Position numbers and translations under genes: made by a program. Positions 28,858 to 38,300 of a stretch of 64,000 bases of DNA are shown in pieces. The notes under the pieces are model-generated. The model saw only the letters and a program-made list of their open reading frames with translations. It was not told the origin of the DNA and ran no database searches. Origin of the DNA: a virus (lineage: Duplodnaviria > Caudoviricetes). The stretch is taken from the IMG/VR virus record IMGVR_UViG_3300032248_000171, positions 38,130 to 102,129 of that record. One strand, given 5' to 3'. Positions within the stretch are counted from its first letter, which is position 1. Each line of letters starts with the position of its first letter.

Positions 28858-29052
28858 ATGTTGGAAACTAAAATGCGTATTGTCGAAGACCTCGACAATG
28901 GTGATCAAGTGGTTACATATTTTGAAGTAAAGATGATTGACAAAAACTTCTATTACGTCTATAATGGAGTCAATCATGGACCATATGGTGATTTTGATGA
29001 CGCAGTAGACGCTGCTTACGAGGATTTAATTCCTCAACCTGTCTCGGAATGA
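28858..29052 (+). CDS. Small hypothetical protein
   Basis: ORF containing HGPYGDFDDAV. Confidence 0.5.
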   Translation: MLETKMRIVEDLDNGDQVVTYFEVKMIDKNFYYVYNGVNHGPYGDFDDAVDAAYEDLIPQPVSE

Positions 29053-29180
29053 CATTAAACTTGCCCTGGTCGGGAACCCCCTCGATGAGTTTCCAGTTTC
29101 TCTAAAGAACTGGTGGTGCGGATGGGGTTACTCCCGCCCAGTTTCCTGCCTCTGGTCAAAGGGCAGGTGGCGAGCCTGAA
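29040..29180 (+). ncRNA. manA-like structured RNA with two tandem pseudoknot modules
   Basis: GAG-ttt-CCAGTTT-CTC-taaa-GAACTGG-tggtg and CCAG-ttt-CCTGCCT-CTGG-tcaa-AGGGCAGG-tggcg. Resemblance to the cyanophage manA motif is from memory only. Confidence 0.6.
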
Positions 29181-29227
29181 GGGGGGGTTGACACCCCCTT
29201 ACCCTTCTGGTATACTATGGGAGTCGT

Positions 29228-29302
29228 CGCAGGATAGTCAAGTAGTAAGACGCTAGGCTCATAACCTAGAGAACGAGGGTGCAAATCCCTCTCCTGCCCC
29301 CA
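29228..29302 (+). tRNA. tRNA-fMet-like (CAT)
   Basis: C1:C72 mismatch; CTAGG-CTCATAA-CCTAG; T-loop TGCAAAT; encoded CCA. Confidence 0.82.
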
Positions 29303-29385
29303 GCCCAAATGGTGAAATGGTAGACACAGCGGACTTAGAATCCGCCGCCTTAAAAAGCGTGGAAGTTCGAATCTTCTTTTGGGCA
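29303..29385 (+). tRNA. tRNA-Leu(TAG)
   Basis: GCGGA-CTTAGAA-TCCGC; long variable arm; A73. Confidence 0.92.
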
Positions 29386-29760
29386 CTTGATACTGCTGGA
29401 AATATTCGGTGGTATCATTAGGTAAGGAAAGTAAAAGGAGCATGGGAGTCGGTGACACTTCTGAAACGCACGACGCATACCGCACCTGCCTAACTATCTG
29501 GCCAGATAGTATAAGTTAGCCTAGACCGAGATAGGCACGGTCATATGATATGCTCAAACAGACTGCTTACGTGGTCAAGCCTCTATCAGCGTTAGCTCAA
29601 TTGGTAGAGTGCCCCCGATGGTGGGGAGGGTGTTGGTTCGAATCCGACACGCATCGCAATCAAAGGCATGAAAAACTGGAGATTGCAACCCAATATGTTG
29701 GGTAACCGCTCAAAACTATATCGTATCGTAGCAGATACATAGATATAGTGGAGAGCACCT
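29386..29760 (+). ncRNA. Unassigned large structured RNA region containing a tRNA-like domain
   Basis: Continuous stems and pseudoknots between tRNA-Leu and tRNA-Gly. Confidence 0.5.
29586..29658 (+). other. tRNA-like element (canonical D and T arms, aberrant anticodon loop, 4-bp acceptor stem)
   Basis: TAGCTCAATTGGTAGAGT...CCCCC-GATGGTG-GGGAG...GTTGG-TTCGAAT-CCGAC. Confidence 0.65.
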
Positions 29761-29832
29761 GCGAAATTAGTTCAGTGGTAGAACGCTATCCTTCCAAGTT
29801 AGATGTCAGGAGTTCGAATCTCCTATTTCGCT
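29761..29832 (+). tRNA. tRNA-Gly(TCC)
   Basis: Anticodon loop CTTCCAA; U73. Confidence 0.9.
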
Positions 29833-29851
29833 TCCCCACTATGGGATACTT

Positions 29852-30007
29852 ATGTCACTTATTTCACAAATGGATAGAGACCTTGCTATTGAAGCATTGG
29901 ATTTCTACCTCTTCAGTAAAAGTAATGACTTCACTGAAGCAAAAAGAGCAGAAGTAAATGCTCTTCTTAATTGGGTCAAATTAGAGAAATCTAAACATGA
30001 ACATTAA
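29852..30007 (+). CDS. Small hypothetical protein, 51 aa (not in ORF track)
   Basis: MSLISQMDRDLAIEALDFY...LLNWVKLE. Confidence 0.65.
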   Translation: MSLISQMDRDLAIEALDFYLFSKSNDFTEAKRAEVNALLNWVKLEKSKHEH

Positions 30008-30158
30008 ACTTTGGTATTGTAAAAGCATGGGTCAGTGGCGTTGGACATTGACCGATGATTCTAGACCAATTATCAAACAAGAATCTGGGCAACGACCAGA
30101 TTTAAGAGATGCTATGAATGACGTAGCAAACACAGTTGAATACATGTTAGGCAACTGA
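29997..30158 (+). CDS. Small hypothetical protein, 53 aa (not in ORF track)
   Basis: MNIKLWYCKSMGQWRWTL...ESGQRPDLRDAMNDVANTVEYM. Confidence 0.7.
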   Translation: MNIKLWYCKSMGQWRWTLTDDSRPIIKQESGQRPDLRDAMNDVANTVEYMLGN

Positions 30159-30165
30159 TTTTTAT

Positions 30166-30237
30166 TGGGATGTAGCACAACGGCAGTGCGAAGAGCTGTT
30201 AACTCTTAGGTTACAGGTTCGAATCCTGTCATCCCAG
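30166..30237 (+). tRNA. tRNA-Asn(GTT)
   Basis: AAGAG-CTGTTAA-CTCTT. Confidence 0.92.
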
Positions 30238-30240
30238 TTC

Positions 30241-30322
30241 GGGTAGGTGTCCGAGTGGTTAATGGAGATGGGCTGTAAACTCATTGGCTCTGCCTACGGG
30301 GGTTCAAATCCCTCCCTGCCCA
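30241..30322 (+). tRNA. tRNA-Tyr(GTA)
   Basis: ATGGG-CTGTAAA-CTCAT; variable arm present. Confidence 0.92.
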
Positions 30323-30551
30323 TATAAATAAACACACAATGGTGAACATCATGGTTAACTTCAGTAAGCAAATTGAGATTAAGATTAGCGATTGCCGCCA
30401 GCATATCGCCAAATCCCTCCTGCTTGCTAATATGTAACCATCGATACATAAGCAAGATTTATCAGGGGGGAGGTTGACAAAACCGCCCCCCTATTTTATT
30501 GTAGATACATCGGTGGGAGACCCACCAGCACCTCGAAAATTTAACCCTTTT

Positions 30552-30624
30552 GGGTCTGTTGCATAGCGGCTAATGCACCTGGCTTTTAACCAGTATATCG
30601 TGGGTTCGAATCCCACCAGACCCA
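30552..30624 (+). tRNA. tRNA-Lys(TTT)
   Basis: Anticodon loop CTTTTAA. Confidence 0.9.
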
Positions 30625-30627
30625 TTT

Positions 30628-30699
30628 GGCTCATTAGTGTAGTGGTTAACACGCCTCTCTGTCTAAGAGGTATCAGGGGTTCAAATCCCCTATGAGTCG
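30628..30699 (+). tRNA. tRNA-Asp(GTC)
   Basis: CCTCT-CTGTCTA-AGAGG. Confidence 0.9.
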
Positions 30700-30703
30700 T
30701 CGT

Positions 30704-30778
30704 GTTCCTATCGACTAGCGGTTAGGTCACCTCCCTTTCAAGGAGGCAACACGGGTTCGAATCCCGTTAGGAATACCA
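30704..30778 (+). tRNA. tRNA-Glu(TTC)
   Basis: CCTCC-CTTTCAA-GGAGG; encoded CCA. Confidence 0.9.
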
Positions 30779-30779
30779 A

Positions 30780-30852
30780 GGAAACATAGCTTAGTTGGTA
30801 AAGCATTCGACTGATAATCGAAAGACCACTGGTTCGAGTCCAGTTGTTTCCA
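30780..30852 (+). tRNA. tRNA-Ile(GAT)
   Basis: TTCGA-CTGATAA-TCGAA. Confidence 0.92.
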
Positions 30853-30853
30853 T

Positions 30854-30925
30854 GTGTCGTTAGCCTAGTGGTTAAGGCAGTGGTTTGTGGAACCACCTAG
30901 ATGGGTTCAATTCCCATACGGCACC
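30854..30925 (+). tRNA. tRNA-His(GTG)
   Basis: GTGGT-TTGTGGA-ACCAC; C73. Confidence 0.9.
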
Positions 30926-30927
30926 CC

Positions 30928-30999
30928 GCCCTTATAGCTCAGTGGTAGAGCAACTCACTAGTAATGAGTAGGTCGCTAGTTCGAATCTAGTTGAGGGCT
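30928..30999 (+). tRNA. tRNA-Thr(AGT)
   Basis: ACTCA-CTAGTAA-TGAGT; GCC acceptor start typical of Thr. Confidence 0.88.
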
Positions 31000-31073
31000 T
31001 GAGAAATCGTCTAATGGTAGGACACCTCCCTTTGAAGGAGTTTATCTAGGTTCGAGTCCTAGTTTCTCAGCCA
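31000..31073 (+). tRNA. tRNA-Gln(TTG)
   Basis: Anticodon loop CTTTGAA; U1:A72; encoded CCA. Confidence 0.88.
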
Positions 31074-31145
31074 GATGGGTTGGTCTAATGGTATGATGCA
31101 GGTCTCCAAAACCTTGCGATGGGGGTTCAAATCCCTCACCCTTCG
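31074..31145 (+). tRNA. tRNA-Trp(CCA)
   Basis: Anticodon loop CTCCAAA; one acceptor-stem mismatch. Confidence 0.82.
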
Positions 31146-31148
31146 CCT

Positions 31149-31222
31149 GCTTTCTTAGCTCAGTGGATTAGAGCAATCGGCTACGAACCGATGTGTCGTA
31201 AGTTCGAATCTTACAGAAAGCG
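31149..31222 (+). tRNA. tRNA-Arg(ACG)
   Basis: ATCGG-CTACGAA-CCGAT. Confidence 0.92.
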
Positions 31223-31518
31223 TTAGTGTGTGTATCCGTAAGTCAACGCCAAATCTACGCCAATTATAACAATTGAAAAAATAATTACAGCACTAATGAT
31301 GGTGTTGGTCATCTTTGGTTTCTAAGTATGCTAAGCGTAGTATGTAATAGATACAATAAATTGTGAACAGTAATCCTGCTCCCAGAATTGTAATAACTCC
31401 CCAAGGTAACTCATTCATCATTTTCGTCCTCGTATGTTGATGGTTCCTCGAATAGCTCTTCCATCTTTTGGCAGAAAACTCTTTCTAGTAGTTGTTTAAT
31501 TTGTTCTTCCGTTATCAT
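31223..31518 (-). CDS. Run of three very small overlapping ORFs, two of them single-TM (not in ORF track)
   Basis: MITEEQIKQLLERVFCQKMEELFEEPSTYED; MNELPWGVITILGAGLLFTIYCIYYILRLAY; MTNTIISAVIIFSIVIIGVDLALTYGYTH. Confidence 0.5.
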
Positions 31519-31663
31519 TTCTGATGTTCTGTTCCAAGTAGGTATGTAGTTGTGAAATAATATTGCTGTATTGTCTTCTTACTTGTTGGTCTGGTGATTG
31601 GTTAGCATACTTATTACATGCTACGATAATTTTTTTAATACTTTCTTCTGATAGTCTATACAT
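31496..31663 (-). CDS. Small hypothetical protein, paralog of 31656-31844
   Basis: MYRLSEESIKKIIVACNKYA...LHTYLEQN. Confidence 0.65.
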   Translation of the reverse strand: MYRLSEESIKKIIVACNKYANQSPDQQVRRQYSNIISQLHTYLEQNIRNDNGRTN

Positions 31664-31844
31664 TAGTGATATGACATTCGGTTGGTTGATCAACATTAGA
31701 ATCAAAATTTTGGTCTAGGTAGATACAAAGTTTTTTGATTATAGTGTGGTATTCGTCATACATCCATTCACTACCAGTGTTATTGGCATAATCTTTACAT
31801 GCTGTGATGATTCTATTAACGTCTTTGTTGGAAAGATTATACAT
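31656..31844 (-). CDS. Small cyanophage hypothetical protein
   Basis: MYNLSNKDVNRIITACKDYANNTGSEWMYDEY. Confidence 0.7.
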   Translation of the reverse strand: MYNLSNKDVNRIITACKDYANNTGSEWMYDEYHTIIKKLCIYLDQNFDSNVDQPTECHITNV

Positions 31845-31906
31845 GATTTATTGGTATCTGTGGTATTTAGAATCAGTTTTCGAATGTCAGGGTCTGGTGA
31901 CAGGGC

Positions 31907-31952
31907 TTGACAGACCGAGCAGGATGCTATATACTATGTAAAGATTCGTAAC
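31907..31952 (+). promoter_or_regulatory. Sigma70 promoter for hli with an adjacent HLR1-like (RpaB) box
   Basis: TTGACA-N17-TATACT; the reverse strand of 31935-31952 reads GTTACGAA-TC-TTTACATA. Confidence 0.6.
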
Positions 31953-31960
31953 AAAACGAA

Positions 31961-32170
31961 ATGACGACAACGACTAATGAGTATGGGCAGCAAAACATGT
32001 TTGCTAAGGAGCCCGTTATGTACATCTCAGATGAAGATGCTATCAAGTATGGTATGATGACTCACAATGAGCGAGCAGAGCTTGCCAATGGGCGCTGGGC
32101 TATGCTAGGATTCATTGCAGGCATCGTGTCCTACGTTGCTACAGGTAAACTATTTTTTGGAGTATTCTAA
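31961..32170 (+). CDS. hli: High-light-inducible protein
   Basis: AELANGRWAMLGF; N-terminal QQNMFAKEP extension. Confidence 0.95.
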   Translation: MTTTTNEYGQQNMFAKEPVMYISDEDAIKYGMMTHNERAELANGRWAMLGFIAGIVSYVATGKLFFGVF

Positions 32171-32292
32171 TGAACAAATTCGGATGGACCCCAGAGGCAG
32201 AGATTCTTAATGGTCGCCTCGCTATGCTTGGTTTCGTAATTGCTGTCGGAACCTATCTTACAACTGGTCAGATTCTTCCAGGAGTTTTCTGA
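32170..32292 (+). CDS. hli: High-light-inducible protein, 40 aa (not in ORF track)
   Basis: MNKFGWTPEAEILNGRLAMLGFVIAVGTYLTTGQILPGVF. Confidence 0.95.
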   Translation: MNKFGWTPEAEILNGRLAMLGFVIAVGTYLTTGQILPGVF

Positions 32293-32296
32293 TAAT

Positions 32297-32328
32297 TTAA
32301 AGGGGGGTCTTTCGACTCCCCTTTTTTT
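32297..32328. terminator. Terminator between convergent genes
   Basis: AAAGGGGGGTC-tttc-GACTCCCCTTT followed by a T-tract. Confidence 0.8.
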
Positions 32329-35300
32329 CTAGAATAGAGGAGTTGTATATACTCTAACGTTATCTAAGTTCTGATCTAGTAAGTAGAAGTAATATCCATT
32401 TAAAGACATACTAAAATCAATAGGAGTTACTGGACCGCCCACTGCAGTTCCAATATATAAAAGTTTATTTCCATACGATGCATTTGCAAGTGAACCATTT
32501 ATACTTATGTCATATTGGAACAAAGCTTCTCCACCATATACATATAAATATTTTCCATCTTTATCTATACTTATTGACTTGAGAGTAGTTGATTGTGATG
32601 CAACGTTAAATGAACGCTCGTCGAATCCTACTAAAGTATTTGCAGTAGTGAGATTTATTTGATAAACTGTATCATTATCCAATCCAGTAAAATATAATTT
32701 TGTTCCATCATTACTCAATTTTAATCCATTTGGTGTAGTATCTGTTCTTGTAGTAGCATATGATGTATCTAATGTTAATGTGCCTAGAGCATTTGGAGTA
32801 GAATTTGAAAGTTGATAAATCGTATCATTTGTAGCTCCAACTAACCAGAATTTAGATGCATCAGAATTACATTCTAATCCTGTTCCTTGAGAATCTCTTG
32901 TAGATATAGATACGGAACTTGTAGCATATGCAAGTGTTGCGACACTATAATTTTCTCCAAAGTCATATCTAAAAATGTTATCATTAGTTTGACCAAGTAA
33001 AAACAACCTACTTCCAGTAGAATTCATACAGAATGATTTTGGTGTACCATCCTGACCTGAAGTAATAAGAGTAGCACTATATGCAGTATCTGGAAAATAT
33101 GCTGTTTTCAATGGTATTTGTCTAATTACAGATAGACTATCAATATAATACATCATTGTGCCATCAGTATTAAAAGCAAGGCTATTTGGGTTTAAATCAT
33201 GTGCTAAATTATAAGTTTTAGTGCTATTTGTGGATGATATAGTGGTGACATTCCATGCTGTTCCGAAAGTATATCTATGAATTTTATCTGTAACTTGATC
33301 TGCCATTAAAACTTGAGTGCCATCATCAGACCACCAAATGCCAGTTACCGTTGCCCCAGGAACTGTAGATTGAGTACTACTATTTGTATACCCATTTATA
33401 TTCCATTTATATGAAAATGATAATGCTCTGATAGTATCTCCAGTACTTCCAAAGAATAATCCTCTTAATCCATCTTTGTCAACAAAAAAATTAAGTGGGG
33501 TGGCGTCTATACTTTCAGAAATTTGATCAATGTATATACTATCAATTTCAAATGCAGCATCTAATTCGAGTTGAATTATATCATAATTTGCAGTTATGGT
33601 AAACAATTGTTTACCTGTATGACTTATAGCCAGTCCAAATGGATTTGCATAGTTTACAAGATCGGTTTGTTTTACAACTGTTGCGTTTGTAATAGCATAG
33701 TTTGAAGCATTATATTGTCGTATTGCGTCAGGCGCACTACCTTGTCCTATTATGTAAAATTTAGATCCATCACTATTAAACGCAATTCCTGTTGCTGCTG
33801 TTTCTGCCAATGTAGGACTGGTATTTGTTAAAGTTGCTGATGAAATATTCCATGGAAAATTTAATGTATATGTGCGTATCGTATCATTAAGAGCACCAGC
33901 CATTATCATTCTTGTTCCATCTGGTTTAAAAGTTATTGCGGCTGGAGACGAATCCTCAAGACCCGCATTATAATACTGCATATTTAATGAAGATATATCA
34001 AATGCAGTATCTAAATCAAATTGATAGATTTTTCCTGCATCACACACAAAAACTCGTAATCCATCATTACTAAACTTGATGCTTTCTGCATCTAGACTCA
34101 TAATCCATTCAATGTCTTTAGTTGTACCAGTAGATAATGTAGTTCCATATGCTGCCGATGGAATATATTCACGTATAATTTCAGTTGCACCTACAATATA
34201 GTATTTTGTTCCATCGCTACTAATATCAAATCCGAAAACATTAGTTTCTGGAGATATAACACTTCCAGAAACAAAAATTGCGGAAGATGCTACCCAAGCT
34301 TTTGCTAAATCGTATCTATAAATATCATCATTTAAATTTCCTAACATAAACATTTTAGTTCCGTCTGAACTAAATCTTATTTCTGTGGCGCTAGTATCTT
34401 GAGTACCAATATAAACTGATCCTATATTTGCAGTTTTAGATTCATGGGCGGTCTCCATGGTAAATCTATAGATTATATTAGTATCCAATACATAAATATA
34501 ATTTCCCCCTTTTGAAACACAAATATCTGCTGCGCTTAATAAAGATATAACACTTGCACCTATATTCAATGCTGATGTAGTAACTTCAGACCAACTTCCA
34601 GTCCACGCAGTTGCAGAAGTATATTTACGAATAGTATCTGTGCCATCTCCAACAATATAAAAAGTTGTTCCTTCTGTTACTCCCGATCCATATGCAATAG
34701 CAACTCCAGTGGGAGATGTTTCAGAACTAACATCTCTAACGACAGCAGTATTTTGTGTAGCAGTATCAATATTTCCCCATAGTTTTCCAGATTGTACCGT
34801 AAGATCATAAATGAATACATCGTCTGCTGTGGTATCTGTTAGAGCAATCCACTCACCATCGGAACTAATTTTTAAACTGTTCATGGTGCCACTAGCACCA
34901 CTGACTAATAAACTTTTGTTGTCATATAATCCAGTAGAAATATCCCATGGAGTCTGTAAACTATATTGGTAAATCCTGTCATTTGTAGTTCCAATGATAT
35001 ATAATTTTTCGCCATCTCTTGAAATATCGAAGCCAGTGGCAGAAGTTTCATTTCCATAAACGAAACTTTTATTATCATATGTTGCTGTAGTGATATCCCA
35101 TGCAGTAGATAATGTATATTGATAGATTGCATCATTGTTACTACAAAGAACATATAATTTTTTACCTTCATCTGCTCCAGATCCACCAAAAGTAAATGCA
35201 CTTGCGGAGACCACTTGAGATGCAAAAGATTGTGAAGTATATGGAGATACTGCAGTAGTTATATCCCACGCAGTAGTTAATTTTCTTTCATAAACTCTAT

Positions 35301-38300
35301 CATTTCCAAATCCAAGAATATACAATCTAGTTCCATCAGAACTAAGGTCTACAGATTGTATACCAGTATCTATTCCCGATAAATTTAATACTTTTGCAGA
35401 TGGACTTGTGTTTGTTAATGTATTAATATCCCAAGATGTTGATAATTCATATTGATAAATTGAGGAGTCTGTTATATCACTTACATATAATTTTTTTCCT
35501 GCTTGCCCACTACCTTCACCACTATTAAATGCAATTCCAGTTGCATTTGTGTTGTTAACATTAGGCCAAGTTTTTGTTGGTACAAATGTTGCAGTGGTAA
35601 TATCCCATGCAGTGGTCATTCTAAATTCAATAATTCTATTATTGCTATCATCAACAATATACACTCTTGTTCCTGTGTCATTAAATGAGATATCATTAAG
35701 TGTAGCTGCCGACAAATTCTGTCCTACGATATCATATCTTGCAACATATGAAGCTGTATCTAAATCATATGCAGTAGATAAAGCATATTGAATGATGCAA
35801 TCCCTAGTGTCTCCTAAAATATATAATTTCTTTCCTTGATCTGTTCCAGACCCACCAAATTTTAAATTTTTTAAAACTCCTGTGGTAGGGTTAGAAAAAT
35901 CGTAAGACTTTGCGCCAGTATTTGTTTTCAGTGCATATGCAGTAGAAATATCCCATGGAGTTGATAAAGTTCTTTGGTAAAATGCATTGGATCCATCTCC
36001 CATCATCAACAATCTGGTTCCCGCAGGAATAGTATCTCCATTTGAATTTACAAATGAAGATGGATTTAAATGTGCTCCAACAATTGCACTCTCTGGTAAT
36101 ACAAATGATTTATTATCATATGTAGATCCAGAAATATCCCAAGTTGTATTTTCCCCACTTAATGGCATCGAATACTGATAAATTCTATCATTATTATTTC
36201 CAACAACATACATTTTTTTACCAGAATCTCCAAATGAAAGAGCAGCTGCTCCACCAGCATCTTGTGTGCTTATACTTTTAGATTTGTTATTCCAAGCAGT
36301 ACTGATATCCCAAGCAGTTTCGACATAAACTTGAATTAATCTGGGAGCATTAAGACCAAGCATAATAAAAGATTTGCCATCTGGCATAAATCTAATATCT
36401 TGTGGGTCTGCATCTAATCCAGTAACGCTAAAACTTTTATTATCATATACAGCATTTATAATATCCCAAGCATCATATTGAATTGGAATAGTATATTGAT
36501 AAATTGTATCGTCAGTATTGTTTAAGACATATACCTTTCTTCCACTATCACCAAAAGTTACTGTGTATGGATTTGAAGCCAGCGCAGAGACATTTAACTT
36601 ATCAAAGTAATATCCAGTAGTTATATCATTAGGAGTTTTCATTCTATATTCATAAATTTTATTAGTTTCATCTCCTAGAACATAAAGTTTACTTGAATCT
36701 ATAGAAACCGTAAATGATTTAAAATCATTATCTATTGCTACAGATAAAGATCCTACATTAGTATACTTAACTATATCAAATGCTGTTGGCAAACTCCACT
36801 GAACAATCGTGGAAGTTGAAGAAAGTATAAAAAGAGAAGTTCCAGATGAATTAAATCGAATACATTTAGGATTTGGAAAAGATTGAAAGTATGAAAATAA
36901 TGTACTTTCATCATATGCTGTTCCAAATTTAAGTTTTGCAATTTGATATGAAGATGCATCTAAAATGTATAAAGAATTTCCATCTGGTGATAAAAATATA
37001 TCGGACCAAACTTTAGATGTATTTGGATCTTCTAAAAGGTGAGTTAATGAAACTGTATTTTTATTGGTAAAAGTTGCTATACTATCTACATCATAAGGTG
37101 TAGGTAATGGATATCTATAAAGCAATTTAGATGCTGATACACCATCAAAATTGTATATTTTTGTTCCGTCACTAGATATTTGCAAAGCACTAGAAGTATA
37201 ACCAGTTTCATAAAAATCATCTTTAAATGAAGTGATATCATATGCTGTAGTTAAATTTAAAACATATAATTTATTAGCAGAAACGTATGCTAGATAAGAT
37301 CCATTTCCAGAAATAGATACATCTTCTATAGTAGTTCCATAAGCTCGTGAATATCCTGCATTACTAGTTCCCCCTCCAGCTATATACCCTGCGGTAGTTA
37401 AATCTATTCTTTGAATTGCAGTAAGTCCATTTGTTGTGTTATCGCCATAATAAACTTTATCATCACTATCTCCAATTGCCAATCCAGAAGTTGTAAATTG
37501 CGGAGATACACTTCTTCTTTTTACACTTGCAGCAAAACTACTAATATCCCAAGCAGTAGGCAATTTAATTGCGGTAACATTACTATATAATGACGCACCA
37601 TCTCCACCAGAAACTATAATTGTTTTACCGTCGCTACTAATATCAATTCCAGATGGGTTTGCATATATTAATGATATAGATACTGGTGTTGATTGTAAAG
37701 TTCCTGTTGATACGTTCCATGCAGTGGATAGATTATATTGTCTTATAGTATCATTTGTTTCGCCAGTAATATATAATTTATTTCCACTATCACCAAAAAT
37801 TATTCCGCCCACATTAGTATCTGCACTTGAAATATTTAATGATATTGTGTCATAAGTAACTGAACTTGCAAGATTAAATCCAGTAGGTATGTTATATTGG
37901 TATATTATATCGTTGGTTCGATCTGCAACATACATTTTAGTTCCATCATCTTTAAATGCAAATCCCCTAGGATCAGTTGCTTGTGTATAAACAGAAAAAC
38001 TAACTGAATCATATGTCGCAGTAGAAACATCCCAAGCAGAAGATAATGTATATTGATAGACTGTAGCAGTACTCGCACCAGTTCCAAGAACAAACATTTT
38101 TGTTCCAGTTGAATTAAATCTGACTGCTTTTGGTGAAGTTGTTTGAGCTGAAATGTCTTTACTTTTTGATGGATCAGTAAGTCTTCTAATGTTGAAAGCA
38201 GTACTTAGAGTATATTGATGTATTTTTGCAGGAGCATTTGAAATCACTACATATAAATTATTTCCACTATTTCCATAAGTAACATCACAATGATTTGGAG

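Noticed and set aside
29386-29760. tmRNA or RNase P RNA assignment
   Set aside because: The tRNA-like part has a D stem and lacks an Ala G3:U70 acceptor with CCA. The RNase P-like words lack a convincing P4/P1 arrangement. It is left as an unassigned ncRNA.
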